A stretch of DNA of 40,000 nucleotides from Acinetobacter sp. ANC 4558 (GCF_002135375.1 NZ_NEGH01000007.1:2907-42906), one strand, 5' to 3'. Shown: positions 7,985 to 16,526, counted from the first letter of the stretch. The notes: generated by a model not told the origin, from the letters alone. Numbers and translations: made by a program.

Positions 7985-8861
7985 TGTTAAAAATACCTTT
8001 TAAAGAGTTTGAGATTCTTGAAGCCGAACCATCGGCAAACGAAATTGAACCAGCGTCATGCGTGGTTTTTTGAGCAGCATTAGGCGTGCTCGGTACGACA
8101 GCGTTTTGCGTGTCGGCTTTAATTGCTTGAAATAATTTGCGTCGTTCTTGACGAGGAATATTTTGCTTTGCCAATATTTGATCTAATTTACGAATGGCTG
8201 CTTGTGCTGGTTGCTCTTCGGATTGCTCAACTTGATCTGCTGGTAAATAATCATCTGCAAATCCTTTTTCAATCGCTTGTGAGCCTGACAACCAAGACTC
8301 CACATCCATCATTTTGGCAATTTCTTTTTCATCAAGATTGGTGCGTGTTCGATAAATATCATTTGCAGACTCATCAAAAACCGCTAAGTAATCTGCTGCT
8401 TCACGCATATCATGTTGATTTCCAACTGCATAAGACCAACAGTTATGGATCATGACAAAGCCAGCACGTGCAATTTGAATTTCATCACCTGCCATGGCAA
8501 TAACGGATGCTGCACTTGCTGCAACTCCCAAGACACGAACAGTTACTTTCCCTTTATGAGCGCGTAATAAGTTATAAATTGCCAAGCCTTCAAATACATC
8601 ACCACCTGGTGAATTAATATTGACGATGACATCTTGATCATCACCAATAAATCGCAATGCCGATGCGATCCGCTGGGCAGTCACTCCACCATCCGTCCAC
8701 CAGTCATAGCCAATTTCTTCATAAATCGAAATCGTATTGTCAGTTTCAGAAGATGCTTTTATATTTGCTTGCCATTTATTTAGCACCGAGTCAGGCAAAT
8801 CAAACCGAACATTAGGTTTATTAAGCGCCTTTGGTGCCATTGGCATATTTCGTTTTGTCAT
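7977..8861 (-). CDS. Prohead (head maturation) serine protease, ClpP/S14-like
   Basis: ClpP-like core motifs (INSPGGDVFEGLAIYN, AASAASVIAMAGD). It lies between the portal and capsid genes. Confidence 0.85.
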   Translation of the reverse strand: MTKRNMPMAPKALNKPNVRFDLPDSVLNKWQANIKASSETDNTISIYEEIGYDWWTDGGVTAQRIASALRFIGDDQDVIVNINSPGGDVFEGLAIYNLLRAHKGKVTVRVLGVAASAASVIAMAGDEIQIARAGFVMIHNCWSYAVGNQHDMREAADYLAVFDESANDIYRTRTNLDEKEIAKMMDVESWLSGSQAIEKGFADDYLPADQVEQSEEQPAQAAIRKLDQILAKQNIPRQERRKLFQAIKADTQNAVVPSTPNAAQKTTHDAGSISFADGSASRISNSLKGIFNND

Positions 8862-8885
8862 TTGATTTACCTTTTAAATGGCAAT

Positions 8886-8907
8886 AAAAAAGCACCTTAA
8901 AGGTGCT
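8886..8907 (-). terminator. Intrinsic terminator after the gp49-like moron
   Basis: On the minus strand: AGCACC-tttaa-GGTGCT followed by TTTTT. Confidence 0.6.
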
Positions 8908-8922
8908 GTGATCTAGATTGTT

Positions 8923-9225
8923 TTAACCACCCGAAAATAAGCGATAACCTTCGAGCTCCCAGAGCTTATTTTCTGCAATTTTTAAAGCATCTTTAGTTGA
9001 GCGTTCAATTCCTAGCTCTTCATTAAAATGCCCTGTTGCAATGTCAGCTTTAGAAATAGCGGTTCCTAAATGAAATTTTCCATCAAGCCATGCAACCGCC
9101 ATAACATGTGATGTAGGTGTGTCACATGTAGTTGTGTGAACTTCAACACGATTCAATAATGCTTCGATTCTTTCTTTTGTTACACGCGGTACAATCTGTT
9201 CATTGTTTTTCATTTCTTTACTCAC
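8923..9225 (-). CDS. N4 gp49 / Sf6 gp66 family-like small protein (moron between portal and protease)
   Basis: The C-terminal FNEELGIERSTKDALKIAENKLWELEGYRL parallels the family signature as I remember it. Terminators flank the gene on both sides. Confidence 0.5.
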   Translation of the reverse strand: MSKEMKNNEQIVPRVTKERIEALLNRVEVHTTTCDTPTSHVMAVAWLDGKFHLGTAISKADIATGHFNEELGIERSTKDALKIAENKLWELEGYRLFSGG

Positions 9226-9246
9226 AAAAAAAGAGCCTATTGGCTC
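9226..9246 (-). terminator. Intrinsic terminator after the portal gene
   Basis: On the minus strand: GGAGCC-aata-GGCTC followed by TTTTTTT. Confidence 0.6.
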
Positions 9247-9270
9247 CGTGGTTAATTTAAATTGTAAAAC

Positions 9271-10488
9271 TTACTCTTGCCCAGCTTCATCAATTGGAAC
9301 GTTTTGTTTTTGAATCGTGAGTTTGCTTGCTATACCACCATGTTTAGGTAGATTTTCCAGTGTTCTAACTTCATCACGAGTATAAATACCGTTATTCACC
9401 ATTTTGGAATAATATTCAGATCGTGCTACAGAGTCAGCTCTAAGCAAACCTTCAATATTAAATTCAATTTTGTATTTAGCACGTTCAGCAGGGCTTAATA
9501 GATTTTTATTCATAGCCTGCTCAATCAAAACAAGCCATGGTCGAAGTGTAAATGTGAGGAAACCAATCATTTCCTGTTCCATTCCACTTCCCCACTTAGT
9601 CTGTCCTTTTCCTGCGTAACCAATCATCCAACCAGGAACACGGAACCAACGGCAAATCGTTTCAATGCTAAAATTTCGTGATTCCAGAAGTTGTGCATCT
9701 GCTGGATTAATCCCAATCATTTCTGGTGTAACACCTTGTTCCAGAACAGGTGATTTCCCTGCATTTAAAGCACCTGATACCTCTTTTACATAATCGCGAA
9801 ATACTTCACGTTGCTCTTTGGTCATTGTGCGTTCGACTTTAAAAGCAACTGTAGGCATCAATCCATTTTTAAATGTACCACTTGCTGCTTTATCAGCTGC
9901 CATCGCATTACCGAAGGTATTCGCACCGTACTGAATGGGTGATAATCCAATTCGACCATCTAAAGAAAATGCAGGGATATGGAGTATTTCTTTATTACTA
10001 ATTTCAAATTGTTGACCACTTCGATCTGTATATTCATAAATAAGATCATCTCGATCTGACCAACTTAATTTCATTCGATCAGGTGATAAGAAGTTAAGGC
10101 TAGTTACTCGATCTCCTTGACGCTTTACCTGTGTAAAACCATTACCACGAAGCAAAAGAGATGCTGTTAATGCTTGAGTGTAATTCACCGAAGTCATATG
10201 AATATTCGGTTGATTCCGCAAAATATTAAACAACGGATGATCTTTTGCTGGTATCCGACTGCCATCTGTTTGGCTTTCATAAAGCATAATCGGTAATGTT
10301 GACGTTGTTTCAGAAAGCAAACGTACACACGCCCAAACCGCATCAAGCTTTAATGCTTTTTCAACATTAACCGACTCACCGCTTGTTGATATAGCTCCAA
10401 AGAAATTAGACCAACTTCCATCGGTTAATTTGATTGATTGCTTGGGTTTAACTACGGCATCACTCAGGGTTTGTAGAAGTGTTTTCAT
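9271..10488 (-). CDS. Portal protein, HK97 family
   Basis: A 405-aa ORF downstream of the large terminase gene. Its size and sequence style are typical of portal proteins. Confidence 0.9.
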   Translation of the reverse strand: MKTLLQTLSDAVVKPKQSIKLTDGSWSNFFGAISTSGESVNVEKALKLDAVWACVRLLSETTSTLPIMLYESQTDGSRIPAKDHPLFNILRNQPNIHMTSVNYTQALTASLLLRGNGFTQVKRQGDRVTSLNFLSPDRMKLSWSDRDDLIYEYTDRSGQQFEISNKEILHIPAFSLDGRIGLSPIQYGANTFGNAMAADKAASGTFKNGLMPTVAFKVERTMTKEQREVFRDYVKEVSGALNAGKSPVLEQGVTPEMIGINPADAQLLESRNFSIETICRWFRVPGWMIGYAGKGQTKWGSGMEQEMIGFLTFTLRPWLVLIEQAMNKNLLSPAERAKYKIEFNIEGLLRADSVARSEYYSKMVNNGIYTRDEVRTLENLPKHGGIASKLTIQKQNVPIDEAGQE

Positions 10489-10645
10489 CTATCAATCCTT
10501 TTCTTAAAAATGATGCAAAACCAAATAAGCCAAATGCGATAACCAAAAGCATCCAGCCCATACCCCATAGAATATAGATCCCTATACCAAGACAAATTGC
10601 ACCGCTTAACAGCAGTAGCAGATATAAAATTACTGCTGTATTCAT
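10460..10645 (-). CDS. Small two-TM membrane protein
   Basis: A 61-aa ORF that is almost entirely hydrophobic (two helices). It lies between TerL and the portal gene. Confidence 0.45.
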   Translation of the reverse strand: MNTAVILYLLLLLSGAICLGIGIYILWGMGWMLLVIAFGLFGFASFLRKGLIDENTSTNPE

Positions 10646-10654
10646 ATGACCTCT

Positions 10655-12373
10655 TTATACGATTATTGGGTTACTGATTGCATCCATGAAATTATCATCC
10701 GATGAAGCATCAATAGTTGTCAGCACGATTCGATTGATACCCATTAAAGCTGCAACAGCACCATCAATTTTCTTAAAACTCTTTTCCTTATCTGGAAATT
10801 CTGTTTCATTTTTTCCAGTCTTAGAGATTACGTTGCCAATCATCCATGACAATATTGGATTGCCATCATGATGGAATCGCCCTGATGCAATTGCTGCTTC
10901 AAGCTCTTTCATGGCTGGTGAAAATGTTTTGGTATTTTTAGGGATCTTGATTGATGTATATCCTGCATCATCAATATTTTTTGCAATCTGAAAACCTCCC
11001 CACTCGTCATATGGGACCTCTTTAACCTTTAGATTACTGGCATCATCAATGATCTCTTGCGCTATTTCATTTAAATCATTTTCAGCATCACCACTGATAG
11101 TGAGCAATTCTAAGTTCAACCACTTTTGATATCGCTCAGTTACTTGCTTTTCATCACCGTTATAAACAGTGTCATAAGGTAAGTAGAACCTTGGCTTAAT
11201 GCTGTAGTAGTGAATCTTCCCTTTAATAACCCGATAAAAGAGATTAATTCGTGCCGCAATATCAATCTTTGAAGATAAATCAACACAAATCATGCAAGCA
11301 TCATTACTAAAATCTTCAATTTTCAATGAAGTGTCTTTGCAGCGATTCCATTGCTCCATGTTAAAAAACGCTGATTTTGCAGAAACCCATACATTGAGAT
11401 GTTTTGTTTTAAAGGCATTCTGCTTAGATGCACTCTGAATTGCACGACGTTGCTGCGACTCTAAGTAATCTGCATATACAGATACACCATAGTTTGGGTT
11501 CGCTTTCTGCAACACTTTTGGATCAGTCCAATCATCCCCTTCATCAATTGTAAAGATGAACCCAAACAACTCGTCATCTGGAACAGTGCCCTCAAGCATC
11601 TCCTGAACGCGAATTTGAAGATCATAACAAGGGCCTTCAATATTAAAACCCGATGTGGTGATTGTAAAAATCAACGGTTGTCGACGTGCCCCCATTCCTG
11701 TTTGCATCGTGTCGTATAGCGCAGAAGTGGGATGTTCATGGAATTCATCAACAATTGCACAATGTGGACTCTGACCATCTGGTGGATCTCCAATAATGGT
11801 TTCAAATAAAGAACCATCTTCAGGAATTTCCAAACTGCCTGCATTAATTAGTATGCCAGCAGCTTCAACTAATTCAGGTGATCGTGCAGCCATCAGTCGA
11901 GCTGGTTTAAATACTTCCCATGCTTGTTTTTCAGTAGTAGCACCTGCATAAACCTCAGAACCAAACTCCCCATCGTTCGCAAACATATTAAGGGCAACAC
12001 CTGCTGCAATAGCAGACTTGCCATTCTTACGCGGTACATTCCAATAGCTCTCACGAAAACGCCGATATCCATCTTTCTTTCGCACCCATCCAAATGTGCA
12101 TGCGATTCCGAATTTTTGCCAAGGCTCGAGCGAAATTAACATTCGCTTCATCGCCCATTCACCCTTCGTGTGAGGTAAAAGTTCTATAAAAGCTATCTTT
12201 TTTTCAGCTAATTTAGCGTCGAATTTATATAAAAAATCTTTATTTTTGCTATTTTTTAGGTCGTTTAAGTGTCTTTCACAAGCTAATTTCACCCATTTGC
12301 ATGCTGGAATTTTATTTGAAATGACTTGTTTAGCCCACTTATTTGCAATATCTACGTTCGGGTAAGCCGTCAT
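10655..12373 (-). CDS. terL: Terminase large subunit
   Basis: A 572-aa ORF with an ATPase region (VPRKNGKSAIAAG, Walker A-like) and DEFHEH (Walker B-like), followed by a nuclease half. Confidence 0.9.
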   Translation of the reverse strand: MTAYPNVDIANKWAKQVISNKIPACKWVKLACERHLNDLKNSKNKDFLYKFDAKLAEKKIAFIELLPHTKGEWAMKRMLISLEPWQKFGIACTFGWVRKKDGYRRFRESYWNVPRKNGKSAIAAGVALNMFANDGEFGSEVYAGATTEKQAWEVFKPARLMAARSPELVEAAGILINAGSLEIPEDGSLFETIIGDPPDGQSPHCAIVDEFHEHPTSALYDTMQTGMGARRQPLIFTITTSGFNIEGPCYDLQIRVQEMLEGTVPDDELFGFIFTIDEGDDWTDPKVLQKANPNYGVSVYADYLESQQRRAIQSASKQNAFKTKHLNVWVSAKSAFFNMEQWNRCKDTSLKIEDFSNDACMICVDLSSKIDIAARINLFYRVIKGKIHYYSIKPRFYLPYDTVYNGDEKQVTERYQKWLNLELLTISGDAENDLNEIAQEIIDDASNLKVKEVPYDEWGGFQIAKNIDDAGYTSIKIPKNTKTFSPAMKELEAAIASGRFHHDGNPILSWMIGNVISKTGKNETEFPDKEKSFKKIDGAVAALMGINRIVLTTIDASSDDNFMDAISNPIIV

Positions 12374-12384
12374 TTCAACCCCAT

Positions 12385-12834
12385 TTACATATTAAGCACC
12401 TTCGCAAAACGGTTTTCATTTGGCTTCTTTTGTGCACCTGTTAAGCGTGTACGAGAAGAAGGATCAAGCCCCAACATTGCCCCAAAAGAAGCCATTTGTT
12501 TTGATGCCTCATTGAGAGCTGTTAGTGCAGGATTTTTAATTACACTTCCTTGATCGGTGGTTAGCGTAATCCCCATCAATGCTACTTCTTGCTGTGATTT
12601 TCTTAGGTTTTCATAGGCAATACAGAACATTTCAACATTGTGCATATCGGTTATTTTTAGCGTCTTTCTTTCCAGTAATTTTGGTACAACAGACCGCCAC
12701 ATAATAGATGCATTTTCCATCCCTTCCATGTAGTCAGGAACCACTATATCAAACACACCTTCAAAGTCATTGCTTGGGTCGGGCTTCACTTTTGTTTTTC
12801 GACCGACTCCAGCGACTGCCTTAACTCCACCCAT
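12385..12834 (-). CDS. terS: Terminase small subunit (P27-family-like)
   Basis: A 149-aa ORF immediately upstream of terL, in a phage that also carries an HNH endonuclease. Confidence 0.7.
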   Translation of the reverse strand: MGGVKAVAGVGRKTKVKPDPSNDFEGVFDIVVPDYMEGMENASIMWRSVVPKLLERKTLKITDMHNVEMFCIAYENLRKSQQEVALMGITLTTDQGSVIKNPALTALNEASKQMASFGAMLGLDPSSRTRLTGAQKKPNENRFAKVLNM

Positions 12835-12929
12835 TTGTCAACACCCTGAATTTTTAATTTCGCTCACGTAAAAAAATACCTAAAGGGGCGGTCATTTCAG
12901 AAAAAGCTCTGAACTTTTCACCTCCCCCC

Positions 12930-13121
12930 CTACCATCTACAGCGCCTTTCATCTTCTGCTATATTTTTTTGAGCTTTTTTGGCTTGTTTTTTAACTTCAC
13001 ATGCAAGCTTTATGAATTCTTCAATGTCATTCGTTGTTGCACCAATGCCTGAACTTAACTGTGCAACCGCATAATCATGTGCCATTTCTTCGATAGTTTT
13101 CTCAGTCATCATAATACTCAC
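12930..13121 (-). CDS. Hypothetical protein
   Basis: A 63-aa ORF that overlaps the upstream gene by 4 nt. Confidence 0.4.
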   Translation of the reverse strand: MSIMMTEKTIEEMAHDYAVAQLSSGIGATTNDIEEFIKLACEVKKQAKKAQKNIAEDERRCRW

Positions 13122-13405
13122 TTGTTAGCAAAGGGATCTTCATACACTTCAAGAAATTCTTTTTCATTCATAACACTCAGTTTATTTTTGTCATCAATGA
13201 AAATCATGTCTGTACCCTTTGCATCTCGCAAACAACGATCTCGACATTCAACCTGAACCACAGACCCACCTATCATGATTTTATTTTCTTGAAACTGTTT
13301 CTTAAACCATGTTGGAAGTTTTGACCAATTGTCTTTCGATAGGCTAATTACCTTCTCAGCACTTATACCGCTTACGGTTTTGTGCTTGGTTTGATAAACA
13401 ATCAT
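13118..13405 (-). CDS. Hypothetical protein
   Basis: A 95-aa ORF, tightly packed in the operon. Confidence 0.5.
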   Translation of the reverse strand: MIVYQTKHKTVSGISAEKVISLSKDNWSKLPTWFKKQFQENKIMIGGSVVQVECRDRCLRDAKGTDMIFIDDKNKLSVMNEKEFLEVYEDPFANK

Positions 13406-13408
13406 CCC

Positions 13409-13699
13409 TTAACCTCCTGAGCAGTCCTTTAAGTATTGAACACATATGTTTTCAAAGAACATAAATGTTTCTTTTTGAATGAATTCATATTTCCCATTAA
13501 ATAAAAGAGAAAACTTCTCACCTACTCTCCTAAAGGAAAACACCACATCATCCGCTGACATATCAAATATCACGCTACGACCAGTTCTTTCGTGAAATAA
13601 ACACTTGATGCTTGTGTTTTGTTCATTCCATGAATCAACAAAACTTTTAAACTCTTGAGCAACAGCACCTTTTTCAATATCAAACCACTTACTACTCAT
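13409..13699 (-). CDS. Hypothetical protein
   Basis: A 96-aa ORF that overlaps the HNH gene by 4 nt. Confidence 0.5.
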   Translation of the reverse strand: MSSKWFDIEKGAVAQEFKSFVDSWNEQNTSIKCLFHERTGRSVIFDMSADDVVFSFRRVGEKFSLLFNGKYEFIQKETFMFFENICVQYLKDCSGG

Positions 13700-14055
13700 A
13701 TCTTTCCTTCCATCGCTGTTTTTTCTTTATGACACGGCGAGCACAATGACTGTAAATTTGATTCATCATCTGTACCACCATGAGCCTTAGCAACTATATG
13801 ATCAACATCTGTTGCTTCAGTCACTCGACCTTTAGCCATACAAGTTACGCATAGATATTGATCACGCTGTAGTATGCGTTTACGCAGCTTCTGCCACTGA
13901 TAACCATAACCACGCTCTGTAGTTGAACCTGTTCGATCTACACGGCGAGTCCAGCCAGTACGCTTAGATGCATGTGCATCACAATATCCTTTTTGATTTC
14001 GTGACTTGACTAAATTAGGACACAGCGACTCTCTACATGGTCTGCTCATAATCAC
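13696..14055 (-). CDS. HNH endonuclease (packaging-associated)
   Basis: Motif DVDHIVAKAHGGTDDESNLQSLCSPCHKEKT, plus an N-terminal Cys cluster. It lies upstream of the terminase genes, as in HK97-like cos phages. Confidence 0.9.
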   Translation of the reverse strand: MIMSRPCRESLCPNLVKSRNQKGYCDAHASKRTGWTRRVDRTGSTTERGYGYQWQKLRKRILQRDQYLCVTCMAKGRVTEATDVDHIVAKAHGGTDDESNLQSLCSPCHKEKTAMEGKI

Positions 14056-14249
14056 CCATCCAAATATGCAGATTGAGCTTTAGGCTCATCAATTCCACTC
14101 ATCGCAATCAATTCATTATTCTGATCGATGATCTGTGCTATTAGTTGGCTTTGCGCTGCCATTAATTTGTTTTGTTCCGCCATGCTTTGAATCAGCGTCA
14201 ACACCAAGCTGTTGCAAGCACAATCGCATTCTTTCTTTTGCTCTTTCAA
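14052..14249 (-). CDS. Hypothetical coiled-coil protein (TTG start; start uncertain)
   Basis: A 65-aa ORF whose stop overlaps the HNH start. It overlaps the alternative ORF 14116-14298 in another frame. Confidence 0.35.
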   Translation of the reverse strand: MKEQKKECDCACNSLVLTLIQSMAEQNKLMAAQSQLIAQIIDQNNELIAMSGIDEPKAQSAYLDG

Positions 14250-14298
14250 TTTGTTTGCTCATCCATTCACGGCGTTCATCACAGCCTTTACATGCCAT
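14116..14298 (-). CDS. Alternative small ORF (MACKGCDERREWMSKQIERAKE...)
   Basis: A 60-aa ORF with an ATG start 21 nt after the lipoprotein stop. It overlaps 14052-14249, so at most part of each is likely translated. Confidence 0.3.
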   Translation of the reverse strand: MACKGCDERREWMSKQIERAKERMRLCLQQLGVDADSKHGGTKQINGSAKPTNSTDHRSE

Positions 14299-14319
14299 AT
14301 CAATTCTTCTTTGAAAAAT

Positions 14320-14706
14320 TTAATTAATCTTTAGGTCAATATCAGAAATGATTGATTGTGGTTTGAAGGTAACTTTGTAGTGATAAGCACTAACACCCTT
14401 ACCACCTAATTGCTCAGAAAAATAAGTCACATTATCTGAAATACCTAAAGAATGTTTCTTGTACTCAGAAGGACCTGTTTTGCAAGTAACATCAACCTTA
14501 CGATCACTAATCACATCAAATGAGCATTTACCCTCTATCGTTAAAATATAGTCGTTGGTGATACCGTTATAAAACACAACACGGCGATCTAATTCAAAAT
14601 TATCGGCAGCATAAGATAGGTTTTTAGATGCCACTTGAGCATCACGAGCGCAACCAACAAATGTCATAACAGACATCAAACTAATAGCGATTAGTGATTT
14701 CTTCAT
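14320..14706 (-). CDS. Lipoprotein (128 aa), function unknown
   Basis: The internal start M63 of the track ORF (ATG 14706, with AGGAG upstream) gives MKKSLIAISLMSVMTFVGCARD, which contains a lipobox FVGC. Confidence 0.7.
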   Translation of the reverse strand: MKKSLIAISLMSVMTFVGCARDAQVASKNLSYAADNFELDRRVVFYNGITNDYILTIEGKCSFDVISDRKVDVTCKTGPSEYKKHSLGISDNVTYFSEQLGGKGVSAYHYKVTFKPQSIISDIDLKIN

Positions 14707-14720
14707 TTCTTTACTCCTAA

Positions 14721-14786
14721 AAACAAAAACCCCACCGAATTTATTATTGGTGGGGTTTTGTGCCAGTGGCAATGTCACCGAAGTGA
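14721..14786 (-). repeat. 66-bp direct repeat, copy A (terminator hairpin plus GTCAC-cgaa-GTGAC hairpin)
   Basis: Identical over 66/66 bp to 16972-17037 (AAACAAAAACCCCACCGAATTTATTATTGGTGGGGTTTTGTGCCAGTGGCAATGTCACCGAAGTGA). On the minus strand the stem CCCCACC/GGTGGGG is followed by TTTTTGTTT. Confidence 0.9.
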
Positions 14787-14817
14787 CGAGGGTTTTAATT
14801 AGGGTGAATCCACCCAT

Positions 14818-14838
14818 AAAAAAACCACCCGAAGGTGG
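14818..14838 (-). terminator. Intrinsic terminator right after the HipS-HIRAN gene
   Basis: On the minus strand: CCACC-ttcg-GGTGG followed by TTTTTTT. Confidence 0.6.
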
Positions 14839-14848
14839 TTGTAAGAAA

Positions 14849-15571
14849 TTAAATTTCTTTAAACTGCTCATCATCAAATGGCTCAAAACCATTCTTCCAT
14901 GGTGCCTTTAACTCACATAAAATTCTATATTGAGCGGGCGCCGATGTGTTTACTTTTAAAATGTTAATACTAATTTCACTTTTATCACTGAAATCCATTA
15001 ATCTCTTAAGGTCATTACATAAGTAATGGGGTAAATATCCTACTTTTTTTTCAGCTTCTTTGAATAAAAGAGTTGCTTTATTATCATAGTGATTATCTAG
15101 CTCAAATTCAAAATCTAAACGATCACCGTCTTGCAAGTTATCTGCATTACCCTTTTCTTGATCTGTTAGATGATTTACGCCACTAACAAAAAATTTAGTT
15201 GTATAGAAAGCATTTTCATTTTTAGGAATATTCACAATCCTAAAATGATCTGTCTTTTTTTCACCTCCAGAGATAGCTAACAACTGGATATAATCTTTAC
15301 AATCTGACGAAAGTCCAGCCCATGCAAATAGGCTATCATGCTCTGGTCGACTTTCTGGAATTAGTCGATTTTTAAAAAAATTAAAAAGTGTTGCAGATTT
15401 ATAAACCTTAGACTTATCCTCCATGTTTGGAAAACATGAAAAAGATTTATGGTTCGCACCTTTTGTATACTTAAACAAATAGTCACTTTCAGACTGTTGT
15501 GTTAATTTTGCTACAGGATGCCACATTCTGGTATCTGCCATATCTTGCCACATAACATATACACTTTTCAT
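14849..15571 (-). CDS. HipS-like (HipA N-terminal subdomain) + HIRAN domain fusion protein, putative kinase partner/antitoxin
   Basis: LFNFFKNRLIPESRPEHDSLF...YIQLLAISGGEKKTDHFRI parallels E. coli HipA VFNFFDNLLPDSPIVRDRI...FDLLSEIGRDSVGAV. The C-terminus GDRLDFEFELDNHYDNKATLLF..KVGYLPHYLCNDLKRLMD fits the HIRAN signature. Confidence 0.7.
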   Translation of the reverse strand: MKSVYVMWQDMADTRMWHPVAKLTQQSESDYLFKYTKGANHKSFSCFPNMEDKSKVYKSATLFNFFKNRLIPESRPEHDSLFAWAGLSSDCKDYIQLLAISGGEKKTDHFRIVNIPKNENAFYTTKFFVSGVNHLTDQEKGNADNLQDGDRLDFEFELDNHYDNKATLLFKEAEKKVGYLPHYLCNDLKRLMDFSDKSEISINILKVNTSAPAQYRILCELKAPWKNGFEPFDDEQFKEI

Positions 15572-15596
15572 AATGACACTCTCTCAATATAGGTTT

Positions 15597-16526
15597 TCAT
15601 AAAAACACGTTTCTCAATTCCAATAAATTAGCCTTATTGCATAGGATTAATTGGACAGTAAACTTTTTAGCAATTTCAGACATTAATGCTGGAGGTACTT
15701 TTTGTATTATTTTCCAAACAATTTCTTCTGTTACATTATCGTTCAAACGATTAAGCCAAGATAATGCAGCACCTTTTTCTTTCAGACCATAAAAATGAAA
15801 GGCATCCAATAATTTAAGTCGCTTATTATTAGAAGGACTATGAAATTGAGATCGCGCTTTTTTTACATATACTGAAAGCATTTGTCCTTTATCTTTAGTA
15901 TTTAACCGTGTATTTCGCACTTCATCACTCTCATTCCTAGCAAGACTCGCACCATGATCATAACTAGGTGCTAAATGCTTTCCAGAAATTGAACTAATCA
16001 TTCCCCAATTTTCATTGTGTCTATCTTGATTTGCAATTAAAGCATCAAACATAAGATAACCCACAAAAAATTCACTAGCTGAATCAATCTTTTCATAAGA
16101 AATTGATTCAATTGGTTTTAATCCAATCATATTAGTCATAACACTGTGAACATGATCAATATATTGAATATTTGGATTTTCACCATTTGCATCCAAATAA
16201 GTCTGTAGTAATAGATTCCCAGCTAAGAGCTGTTGATCTGTTCGATTGATAAAATTAGGCGTAATAACCCCCCTTTCGGAGTTATATGTTGCTAACTCAT
16301 AATGAGCATGAGGTAATCCAATTAACTCAGCAAGCTCACAAGCAATTTTTTCTGCCCAATCTTCACCATACCTAAAACCATCTTTTGTTTTTGTGCTTTT
16401 GAAAAGAATATCCTTTTTAGTATCACGCTCCAAATACCAAAACTTACTTTTCGTTCCAAGTTGCTCATATGAGTCTTCCTCTTCCTGAGATATATCATGA
16501 ACTGTATAAAACTCAATGTCTGTCAT
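15597..16526 (-). CDS. HipA-family serine/threonine kinase lacking the N-terminal subdomain (HipT-like architecture)
   Basis: Catalytic motif DALIANQDRHNENWG, a downstream APSYDHGASL, and LGTKSKFWY in the nucleotide-loop position. At 309 aa it is shorter than the ~440 aa of full-length HipA. Confidence 0.8.
   Translation of the reverse strand: MTDIEFYTVHDISQEEEDSYEQLGTKSKFWYLERDTKKDILFKSTKTKDGFRYGEDWAEKIACELAELIGLPHAHYELATYNSERGVITPNFINRTDQQLLAGNLLLQTYLDANGENPNIQYIDHVHSVMTNMIGLKPIESISYEKIDSASEFFVGYLMFDALIANQDRHNENWGMISSISGKHLAPSYDHGASLARNESDEVRNTRLNTKDKGQMLSVYVKKARSQFHSPSNNKRLKLLDAFHFYGLKEKGAALSWLNRLNDNVTEEIVWKIIQKVPPALMSEIAKKFTVQLILCNKANLLELRNVFL

Noticed and set aside
14707-14892. N-terminal 62 codons of the track ORF 14320-14892
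   Set aside because: The extension runs through two terminators, the 66-bp repeat and the stop of the HipS-HIRAN gene. An internal ATG with an AGGAG SD gives a clean lipoprotein signal peptide.
16322-16516. 64-aa minus-strand ORF inside the kinase gene
   Set aside because: It is an out-of-frame overlap entirely within the HipA-like CDS and has no independent signals.
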